Positions 53,336-64,000 of a stretch of 64,000 nt of DNA are shown here, in pieces; position 1 is the stretch's first letter; each line of letters opens with the position of its first letter. The position numbers and the translations under genes are program-made. The notes below the pieces were generated by a model. It ran no database searches and was not told the origin of the DNA. It was given only the letters and a program-made list of their open reading frames with translations. The stretch lies in assembly GCF_009914755.1 (NCBI RefSeq), contig NC_060937.1, one strand, 5' to 3'. The DNA is from the human T2T-CHM13v2.0 reference genome, Homo sapiens.

Positions 53336-54680
53336 GGTGCTTCCTAACCCGTTGACTAGATAATCTAGGAAATCCTTGAAATTATGTGAAGGGTTGATTG
53401 ATTAAATCCATGTATACCCCGAGTATAATCTTCAGATTCAATAAATAGTGTGTCTTTCACTTTTATTCATTTTCCAAGTGTACATAGATGCTATTTGATT
53501 AGTACAAATTTTCATTTAAAAACCTTTCAGAATTCATATTAGCCTTTTGATATTACGCTTTGTTTCAGTATCCATCAGTGTTCATCCATACAACTATAAT
53601 CATGTGTGAAATCTGTTATTTCTTTCTTTTTTTTAAAAAAATTTAAAAATGTGTTCTCCTGTGAAAGAAGCCTTAAATAAAGAGGTAAACTACATTCTCT
53701 GATAGGAAAACTTAATATTATAAAGATGTTAGTTTATCCTCAAAATAATTTATAAATTTAGTGCAATTTTAATTAAAATCTCAGCTATTTTGTGGTGAGC
53801 AGATGAAGGGAGATTTGACAGATTGATTCCAAAATGTATTTGCAAGAATTAATCTTCAAGAATGCTCCACCCCTCCAAAAAAAGTATAATAAAAAGGTTC
53901 TTGTCCTACCAAATTGCGAATTCATTATGAAACTACAGTGATTCAACAGTGTGATCATGGAGCTGAAGGAGATTTTGGATGAATGGAAAAGGAGAAAAGA
54001 TCTTAAACCAGACTCACGTAAGTAAGAATTCAGCATGTCGTCAAGATGTTGCACAGAAAATGAAAGACACTTAAGGTATTTTAAATACAAAAGGATTTAA
54101 TTCAGATATGTGCTTACAAAGTTATTGAAAAAGCTAAAGGAGGTATTTCAGGGCAGGGGCTTTGGAATGACTTCCAGAATAACTGCAGGCCTGCCTGCCA
54201 GGAGCCCTACAATCTTAGGCCTTATCAGCAAGGGAGGAGATCAGAAGCCCACCACCACCACCACCACAGAAACTATAGGGTCTAAGAATGTGCTACCATA
54301 GCTGGGATCCAGGAATCAGGAATGTGCCATCTCCGCAGCCTCAGTTTCTAGCTGAAGAGCTAACACTGGATTATGACTGCAGAAATATGCCATGTTTCCA
54401 GGACTTTTAAAAACCTGCATGAGTGCACTTATCTTGCATAATCTAATCTGTACTGAGAATTTTAGGTGCAAAATGAGTGCTTGGTTGAGAAAGAAGATTG
54501 AAAAGAGTACTTGACTGATGGCGAGATACCAGAATATCTGCAACAAGTATTATCAGGAATAACTTATCATCAGGGAAAACAATAGTAATTTAATTATTTA
54601 CATATTGAAAAAAGGGCCTGGGCCACTTATATTTAAAAAAGAAATAGTAATAATAAAAGTTGAGAACCTATGGTCTTGGT

Positions 54681-54895
54681 CAGAGGTTAGCAAACTTTTT
54701 CTGTAAAGGGCCAAATAGTTCATTTTTAAAGTTTTGTAACATATGGTCTCTGTCACAACTACACTTGGCCACCGTAACAGGAAAGCAGGTGATGTATAAG
54801 TGAATGAATGTGACTGTGTTCCAACAATGCTTTATTTACAAAAACAGATGGTGGGCCAGATTTGGCCCATGGGCTGCAATTTGCCAACAGGTAGT
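54681..54895 (+). mobile_element. MER58A-like hAT-Charlie MITE
   Basis: caaactttttctgtaaagggccaaatag...ctttatttacaaaaacag.tggtgggccagatttggccc. Confidence 0.85.
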
Positions 54896-57614
54896 CTGAA
54901 AAATAGTCATTAAAGTACGTCTTCTGTTAAGACTCTGTAGCCCTGAAAAACGTGCTAATGTGATTATTGATAAGTGCTTATCTATCAAAATTTTTTTTGT
55001 ATATTCTCTTAGCTTGAAAATATTACTTGTAGAAATTTCATTTGACAATAGAATAATTTGCTCCGTGTGTTGTCGAGTTCAAAAAACAAAAGAAATTAAT
55101 AAAATGCCAAGCCATTTAACTTTAAAGTGTCTTTCAGCCTAAACAGTTCATTAATTCACACATTTTCACAGGGATGTGTGACAGATGAATGCGCATCTTG
55201 CTTATGTCTTTGCGCTGAAAGAGGGAGAGTAATCTAGAATTGGTATGTTTGAACTGAAGTATGACCTTGTATAAACTGTCACATTTTATCAACATTGCCA
55301 AAGAGCCTGAAAATGGGGTTTCTCTGAGGCAAGCTTACCTTTTCTCATCATGTCTATACCACTATTATTTCCTTCCTCTAAAGTTACAAGCACATTTACC
55401 CACACATGCTAACACACCTGCACAAACTCTCACACAGAAGTGTATACATGTGAGTGCACACATACTGTCATTTTTTGATGACCTCAGTTTTTATCAACAA
55501 GTTCACAGTACACTCTCTCTGAGATGGTGAACTTCATGTAACAAGTTAATATGAACTTGTAATCGTATTTCTATTCCATAATGCTAATGACTCCTACCAT
55601 AGAACTACAGAGCATGCTGGGTTAAGAAGTAGTTGGTGTTCCCACTGATGTTAGCTCATCTTAGCTCACCATTTATCCAACTGATTGGGGATTTTACAGC
55701 AAAACAAAAATTCTAGAATCAGATTTTTTTGAGGTGGGATAGACTATAGAGATTATCAAGGCCAACCTTCCTTTTTTGCAGAATAAGAAACTGACGTCTG
55801 GAGAGGGGAAACTACGCAGCTTGTTAGTAAAGCTCAAATATCGAATACCTGCTCTTTTGGTGATTCAATCTTCTAATAAAGAGAGTTTTCTTACACAACA
55901 AACCACTTCAGAAATGTTTTAAAAATAGAAAGGACTGAGAGAAAAGTCCACTGGACTGCTCAAAGAACATTTGAAAGAATTTCGTGTTAATCAGGTTTCA
56001 ACATAAGCTATTCACACTCTTATCTTGTAGATGTCATATGAGTATTTTTAACTTTGGCAAGTTAGATGGCTCATCTACATTTAAAATTTTTTTAATATGT
56101 TCACTTAATCATATACAAATGACCAAACAGTTTGGTTAATAAATAGAGCCTCAAAAAATTATACCTCAGACATGAAGTGAAAGCAAAAATATAATGTCAA
56201 GTATTATTTTGCAGATTTTATATGTCATATAGACAAAATACAATTCTATTCATGTAGAAAAACCATACTCATCTCTTGCTTAATACTGGATGGTATTACC
56301 TTGGAGTTATTTTCACAACTGTCAGGATAGAGATTAAAATAACTTGTGTTCTGAACATCAGGAAGGCTGATCTTCAACTCTGCTGCCTTCTTCTCTTAAG
56401 TGGGTTCTTGCCAACCTCTTTGGTCTGCACATTTGAAAAAAGATTCTTGTCAGCAAAATCTGAGAACTAGTTATCTTGGTGAATAATGGGAACATCTTGT
56501 CTCAGTACAGGAGATTAATGCTATCTCTGTGGAATGGACTGTGATATCTGCAGGAAATTTAAAACTAGAGGCCAAAGTTTCAGTAATGCACCTTTGAGAA
56601 AGCAGAGCTTGCTTGAAAATTTGTACTGCCCGAACATGTGATATAAAACAGAAAAATCATTCCTCATCACAGCATAGAAAAAGATCCAGCTTCTCAGTTA
56701 TATTTAAAAGTTACTAATTTTTCTAAAAGTGAAGCAAGGGATGCTTAGGCGGTTTAATGTGTTTAGCAAGTTTGAGGATAATGCAAAAATATCAGTAAAC
56801 ATAGAAATGAAGTTTATTGAGAAATTAACACTAAATATATGTCAAGAAAAGCTGGGGAGTGAAATTCTTAAATTCCTAGGCAGACATGGCATTTAGGATT
56901 CTTTATCTCCTAAGCATAAAAGATAATAATATAATAAGCCTTTTTTTAGCAGAGTTTTTTTTTAATTCAATGTTTTGAAAGCAAAAATATTATCACATTT
57001 CTTTTCAAAGTCCATTTGAACCCAGGAGTTTATAAATAAGTTCAGGACTATCCATAATATCTACTGATTCTTCGTTTACATTTATTAAATTGATGTCAAA
57101 TTGTAAGAATGGAATATAGAATTATAGAAGTAAAACAATAGACAGGCATAGCTTAAACATGTAATTTTCAAAAGAACTCAGGAAATTGACCTCTGATAAA
57201 ATAAGGCAGACTAGGTATAGGGTTTGTTTTTTTTTTTTTTAAATATCTCTCTCCCTGCTCCCTCCTTAAACCAGAACCATGCTAAATTAAAAAAAAAAAT
57301 GGTTCAGCAAATCAGAAACACTGAATTTATGGAAAATACAATGCAGATAGGTGCTATATAACCAGTTTGATATAATGGCTAGAGAACATTGCCAAAAAGC
57401 ACTTTTATATGAGGTCGAAATAAGATATTTTCATATAGTCAAGGGTTTTGCAAATATTTTTCCCATGCTAGCCATGAAAAAATTACTTGAGGATATAGTC
57501 CAGCAAAACAAAAAAGGAAACCAAGAAATGAGGCACAATGTAGGTTCATAGAAATAGTGGAGCTAATCAGAAATGAATTGAAAAGAAATTTCAGTAGAAA
57601 ATTTATGCAATGTG

Positions 57615-57826
57615 AGGACTATAGTAGTAATAGTGCATTGTATTCAGGAATTTTGCTAAATGGGTAGATTATAGTTGCTCTTGACACAGGGAAGAAAAAT
57701 GGGTAACTAGGTGACATGATAAATATATTAATTTGTTCCACTATAGTAACAATTTTGCTATGTATGTATCTTACAATATCATGTTGTATACCTTAAATAT
57801 ACACAATAAAATTTATCTAAAAAACA
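57615..57826 (+). mobile_element. L1MA 3' end
   Basis: tcatgttgtataccttaaatatacacaataaaa. Confidence 0.75.
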
Positions 57827-57836
57827 GAAATCTGAG

Positions 57837-58216
<380 letters not shown>

Positions 58217-58364
58217 TTAAGAATAAAATAGAGCTCGTGCCCCAAAACATGGATGTTTGAAATAATGCGGTGAAGGCATATATAACTTTGTTAACAACAA
58301 GAAAGAGACAATTAAAATTTCCAAAATGGAAAAAAAAGTCTGAATAAGAAAATCAAGATCCATG

Positions 58365-58663
58365 TATTTATTTATTTATTTTGAGACAAGGTCTCACTCT
58401 GTTACCCAGGCTGGAGTGCAGTGGGGCAATCTCGGCTCACTCAAACCTCTACCTCCAGGTTCAAGTGATTCTCCTGCCTCAGCGTCCCAAGTAGCTGAGA
58501 TTACAGGCATGTGCCACCACGCCCGGCTAATTTTTATATTTTTGGTAGAGATGGAGTTTCGCTGTGTTGGCCGGGCTGGTCTCAAATTCTTGGCTTCAAG
58601 TGATCTGCCTGCCTCAGCTTCCCAAAATGCTGGGATTACAGGCATGAGCCACCATGCCCAGCC
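58365..58663 (-). mobile_element. AluS/J
   Basis: Full Alu with (TTTA)n tail; TSD atgtatt. Confidence 0.93.
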
Positions 58664-59039
58664 AATGTATTCAGAAACTAAAATAGAGTATGATTTGAGG
58701 TTCTGTAGAGTAAAAGAAAAAAGATTTAACATTATCTTGATGGCTTAAATATTCTCTTTGGAAAAGTTTAGGTATAATAACATAGGATTATATTTATTTT
58801 CTTATGAAACCAATCATAATTCATCATTCTTTAACAAGTAAGAATTTCTTGCATTCTAGAATGTAAGCTCCTGAAGGTAAGAATTGGGTTTGTCTTGTTT
58901 GATGTGGTCTCTGTAATGCCTAGGCTAATATGTGGGATATCACAGGCAGCAAATCATTATATGCAGACTGACTGATTATGGCAGCCAACGTGGATTGCTT
59001 ATAAAATAGTTATTCCATGTCAGCAGCCCTGCTCCCTCA

Positions 59040-60520
59040 CCAGATTGTTGTTAAAAGTTGACCGAGAGCATTAAGATTTTTAAGCCACAGATTTGGCCAA
59101 CTCTGGAACTTTTCAACTCTTTGTTGTGTGAGACAATAAATTCCTTTGGTTACTCTTCTTTTGAGTGCTTTTTAAATTTCAGTGGAAAGCCTCCCAACTA
59201 ACGCAGAATTTGTTGCCAGAAGTAAGATGCTGGAAGTAACGGGTCCTAGAATGTGGAATGTGTTGAGGAAAGGAGTCATTTATAGAGGGGAAACAGAGCC
59301 TCTGCTTTCCAGACTGGGCAGCTGATGGTCCTTGTTAGGTGAAGGTGAAACATGTTATCAGACTGGAAGCTTTTGTACCTTGGATTCAGAGCATTTGCTG
59401 AATGGAGTTACCATTTTAAATATGGGGAGAATAATTACAGTATTCTTGCAGCTTTTAGATTTGTCTTACACTAAAGAAAGACAAACATAGTCTGTAGGTA
59501 GTTCATCCTAAAAGCAGATTAGAAAGAAAATATAGCTTTGCTAAGATAGGATTTGCTGCTGACTTGCAATGTAAGTTAATGGTAAATACCATTAGAAAAG
59601 CTGTTATGATCATCTTTGAAGGCAGACGGGTCCTTACCCAAAGTTTAGTTTGAATGCCAAGACCGATGATGACACACACCAAAAGAACATAAAAAGCTTT
59701 GTTATTTACATAATTAATATCTCTGTGGGGAATAGGGAAGACATCTTGAGCAGGTCCAAAATGGCTTGAGAGAGCAAGGAAAGGAGACTGGCTTGGGTTT
59801 CTATTGTGGTTAGGGGCTGGGGCTGGGGGTGGGGGTGAGGGTGGCTTGTGCACTGGAAAGGACTTGCGTTGTTTGCATCTCCCGTTGGAATCAAAGAAGG
59901 GAGCACCCTCGCTTTCTTATCAGCTTGTGCAGATGTGGAATACACAGGGAAGAAGGAGGGGTGAGACTTAAAAACTGCAAGCAATAAAACATTTAAAAAA
60001 TGGGGTTAGAATTCTTGTTATGTAATACAAGCCAATACTTTATGATTTACTTCCACATCAGGTAGAACACACAGAGGCCGGAAAACAATAGACTTAGCAG
60101 CAGAAGAACATAAGACAGGAATTCTCAAAGGTTGTATGTAGGCAAGAGCCTTACCATTAATTGTTATATAGTTTATGGAAGTGGCTAGAAACAGATACAC
60201 TGAAAGTCAACTTAGTTGTTAAGGGGACAGTATTGCCAAATAAAATTCATGCATAGTGACATCCACCTGGGATTGTTCAGCTTTAAAAAAGCACCAGGAC
60301 CTTTGAACTCATCTGAGAGAAGTAGGCTGCTAAATCTCTGTAGCTCCTAGAACGCTTCGATGAACTGTGGTTTTAGAGTATAACAGGAAAACACTGTTTT
60401 CCAAGATGGGATAATCAGACATAAAAGATGTTGGGCAGGAGAAATCCTTCCAGAGAATAGAGTTAGCAAGCCACAGGACATGAGCCAGCCAGTCTTTTGT
60501 GTACTTTCTTTTTTTTTCTG
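59040..60520 (+). mobile_element. MaLR LTR 3' part plus MLT-int relic, interrupted by an ERV1 LTR
   Basis: tgtgtgagacaataaattcc..., then gaatttgttgccagaagt..tgctg..gtaac internal start. Confidence 0.45.
59605..60021 (-). mobile_element. Solo ERV1 LTR (MER90-like)
   Basis: gggagcacc..gctttcttatcagcttg..cagatgtgg...ggggtgagacttaaaa. Confidence 0.55.
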
Positions 60521-60529
60521 TCTAGCTGC

Positions 60530-63500
60530 CTCTTTTTTTCCCAATAAGTTATTGGGGTACAGGTAGTATTTGGTTACATGAGTAAGTTCTTTAGTGGTGA
60601 TTTGTGAAATTTTGGTGCTTCTGAGTAGTATACACTGCACTATATTTGTAGTCTTTTATCGCTCACCCCCTTCCCACGCTTCCCTTGAAGTCCTCAAAGT
60701 CCATTGCATCATTCTTATGCATTTGTGTCCTTATAGTTTAGCTCCCACATATCAGTGAGAACACACAATGTTTGGTTTTCCATTCCTGAGTTACTTCATT
60801 TAGAATAATAGTCTCCAATTTCATCCAGGTCACTGCAAATGCTGTTAATTAATTCCTTTTTATAGCCAAAGAGTATTCCATCACACACACACATATATAT
60901 ACCACAGTTTCTTTATCCACTCATTGACTCATGGGCATTTGGGTTGGTTCCACGTTTTTGCAGTTGCAAATTGTGCTGCTATAAACATGCATGTGCAAGT
61001 ATCTTTTTCGCATAATGACTTCTTTTCCTCTGAGTAGATACCCAGTAGTGGGATTGCTGGATCAAATGGTAGTTCTACGTTTAGTTCTTTAAGGAATCTC
61101 CACACCATTTTCCACAGTGGCTGTACTAGTCTACATTCCCACCAGCAGTGTAGAAGTGTTTCCTGTTCACCACATCCATGCCAACATTACTGTTTTTTGA
61201 TGTTTTGATTATGGCCATTCTTACAGGAGTAAGGTGGTATCACATTGTGGTTTTGATTTGCATTTCCCTGGTTATTTGTGATGTTGAGCATTTTTTCATA
61301 AGTTTGTTGGCCATTTGTAGATCTTGTTTTGAGAACTGTCTATTCATGTCCTTAGCCCACTTTTTGATGAGACTTTTTTTCTTACTGCTTTGTTTGAGTT
61401 CATTGTAGATTCTGAATATTAGTCCTTTGTCAGATGTATAGATTCTGAAGATTTTCTCTCATTCTGTGGGTTGTCTGTTTATTCTGCCGACTGTTCCTTT
61501 TGCCATACGAAAGCTCTTTTAGTTTAATTAGGTCCCAGCTATTTATCTTTGTTTTTTATTGCATTTGCTTTTGGGTTCTTGGTAATGAAATCCTTGCCTT
61601 AGCCGATGTCTAGAAGGGTTTTTCCAATGTTATCTTCTAGAATTTTTATAGTTTCAGATCTTAGGTTTAAGTTGATTGATCTTGAGTTGATTTTTGTACA
61701 GGGTGAGAGATAAGGATCCAGTTTCATTCTCCTACATGTAGCTAGCCAATTATCCCAGCATCATTTGTTGAAAAGGGTGCCCTCTCCCCACTTTATGTTT
61801 TTGTTTGCTTTGTTGAAGATCAGTTGGCTGTAAGTATTTGGGTTTATTTCTGGGTTCTCTATTCTGTTCCTTTTGTCTATGTGCCTATTTTTATACCAGT
61901 TTTATACCATGCTGTTTTGGTGACTATGACCTTATAGTATAGTTTGAAATCAGGTAGTGTGATGCATCCAGATTTCTTTTTGCTAAGTCTTGCTTTGGCT
62001 ATATGGGCTCTTTTTTGGTTCCATATGAATTTAGAATTTTTTTTTTCTAATTCTGTGAAGAATGATGGTGGTATTTTGATGGGGATTGCATTGAATTTGT
62101 AGATTGCTTATGGTAGTATGGTCATTACTATCATATGGTCTATCATGGAGAAGGTTCCATGTGCTGTTGAATAGAATGTGTATTCTGCAGTTGTTGTATG
62201 AAATGTTCTGTATATATCTGTTAAGTTCATTTGTTCCAAGGCATAGTTTAAATCCATTGTTTCTTTGTTGACTTTCTGTCTTGATGACCTGTCTAGTACT
62301 GTCAGTGGAGCATTGAAGTCCCCCATTATTATTGTGTTGCTATCTCATTTCTTAGGTCTATTAGTAATTTTTTAATAAATTTGGGAGCTCCAGTGTTAGG
62401 TGCATGTATGTTTAGGAGTGTGATAGTTTCCTGTTCGACAAGGCCTTTTACCATTGTATTATGTCCCTCTTTGCCTCTTTTAACTGCTATTGCTTTAAAG
62501 TTTGTTTTGTCTGATATAAGAATAGCTACCGCTGCTTGTTTTTGGTGTCCATTTGTATGAAATGCCTCTTTCCACCTCTTTACTTTAAGTTTATGTGAGT
62601 CCTTATGTGTTAGACAAATCTCCTAAAGGCAGCACATAGTTGGTTCATGAGTTCTTATCCATTCTGCGGTTCTGTATCTTTTAAGTGGAGCATTTAGGCC
62701 ATTTACATTCAATGTTAGTATTGAAATGTGAGGTGTCATTGCATTCATTTTGCTCTTTGATGCCTGTGTACTTTGTTTTTTGTTTGTTTGTTTTTTGTTT
62801 TTGCTTTTTAAGTTGTATTTTTGTTTTATGGATCCTGCGTGATTTATGCTTTAAAGAGGTTCTGTTTTGTTGTGTTTCCAGGATTTGTTTTAAGATTTTT
62901 CTGTCTTTGTTGGATCAGGTTAATTCGAAGATCTTGTCTTCGAGCTCTGAATTTCTTTCTTCTACTTGTTCAATTCTATTGCTGAGACTTTCCAAAGCAT
63001 TTTGCATTTCTATAAGTGTGTCCAATGTTTCCTGAATTTTGAATTGTTTTTCCTTTAAGGTATCTATTTCTTTGAATATTTCTCCCTTCACTTGTATTGT
63101 GTTTTGGATTTCCTTGCATTGGGGTTTGCCTTTCTCTGGTGCTTCCCTGATTAGCTTAATAACTAACCTCTTGAATTCTTTTTCAGCTCAATCAGGGATT
63201 TCTTCTTGGTTTGGATCCATTGCTGGTGAGCTAGTGTGATTTTTTGGGGGGTGTTAAAGAGCCTTGCTTTTTCATATTACCAGAGTTGGTTTACTGGTTC
63301 CTTCTTATTTGGGTAGCCTCTGTCAGAGGGAGGGTCTAGGGCCAAAGGCTGTTGTTCAGATTCTTTTGTCCCACGGTGTGTTCCCTTGATGTAGTACTCT
63401 CCCCCTTTTCCTGTGGATGTGGATTCCTGTGAGTTGAACTGCAGTGGTTGTTGCCTCTCTTCTGGGTCTAGCAACTCATCAAGTCTACCCAGCTATGGGC

Positions 63501-64000
63501 TGGTATGGGGGTTGTCTGCACAGAGTCCTGTGATGTGAACAGTCTATGGGTCTCTCAGTTGTGGATGCCAGCATCTGTTCCGGTGGAGGTGGTGGGGGTG
63601 TGCAATGGTCTCCATGAGGGTCCTTAGCTTTGGTGGTTTAATGATCTATTTTTGTGCTGGTTGGCCTCCTGCCAGGAGGTGGTGCTTTCCAGAAAGCATC
63701 AGCTATAGTAGTGTGGAAAAGGACCAGCGGTGAGCAGGGCTCTAGAACTCCCAAGATTATATGCCCTTTGTCTTCTGCTATCAGGGTGGGCAGGGAAGGA
63801 CCACCAGGTGGGGGCAGGGCTAGGCATGTCTAAGCTCAGATCCTCCTTGAGCGGGTCCTGCAGCGGCTGCTGTGGGAGATGGAGTTAGATTCTCAGGTCA
63901 CTGGAGTTGTGTACCTAGGAAGATTATGGCTGCCTCTGCTGAGTCATGCAGGTTGTCAGGCAAGTGGGCTACATCTGGCAGTCACAGGCCTCACCCAGCT
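60530..64000 (-). mobile_element. L1PB with two internal deletions; 5'UTR runs off the window end
   Basis: L1PB 3'UTR (tttggttacatgagtaagttctttagtggtgattt), ORF2 C-terminus, endonuclease remnant (GDFNAPLTVLDRSSRQK), ORF1 remnant and 5'UTR. Confidence 0.9.

Noticed and set aside
54035-54340. Possible degenerate ERVL-type LTR fragment
   Set aside because: Too diverged to support by eye

Overview
Human non-coding DNA, either intergenic or deep inside a long intron. A human-specific AluYb8 at 45780-46099 identifies the species. I find no credible host protein-coding exon, tRNA, rRNA or CRISPR array. The supplied ORFs are chance frames, Alu-derived frames, low-complexity frames or decayed LINE-1 ORF1/ORF2 remnants. 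Much of the window is a nested mosaic of transposons: about 15 Alu/FLAM SINEs, three large internally deleted L1s, L2/MIR/CR1 relics, many ERV1/ERVL/MaLR LTRs, and hAT and mariner MITEs. The most notable observations are: (1) an apparent L1 3' transduction carrying a MaLR LTR fragment and ending at that LTR's poly(A) site, flanked by a 15-bp TSD (38756-39228); (2) a textbook recursive-splice-site motif, polypyrimidine-CAG|GTAAGT, at 33848-33880; (3) a TSD-flanked L1PA whose 5'UTR is fused directly to the RT domain; (4) an inverted repeat enclosing a consensus splice donor at about 43.65 kb; and (5) two very young Alus that may be polymorphic. I cannot support a new biological system here. Family and subfamily names come from my recall of consensus sequences, not from a database search, and boundaries of old elements are approximate.
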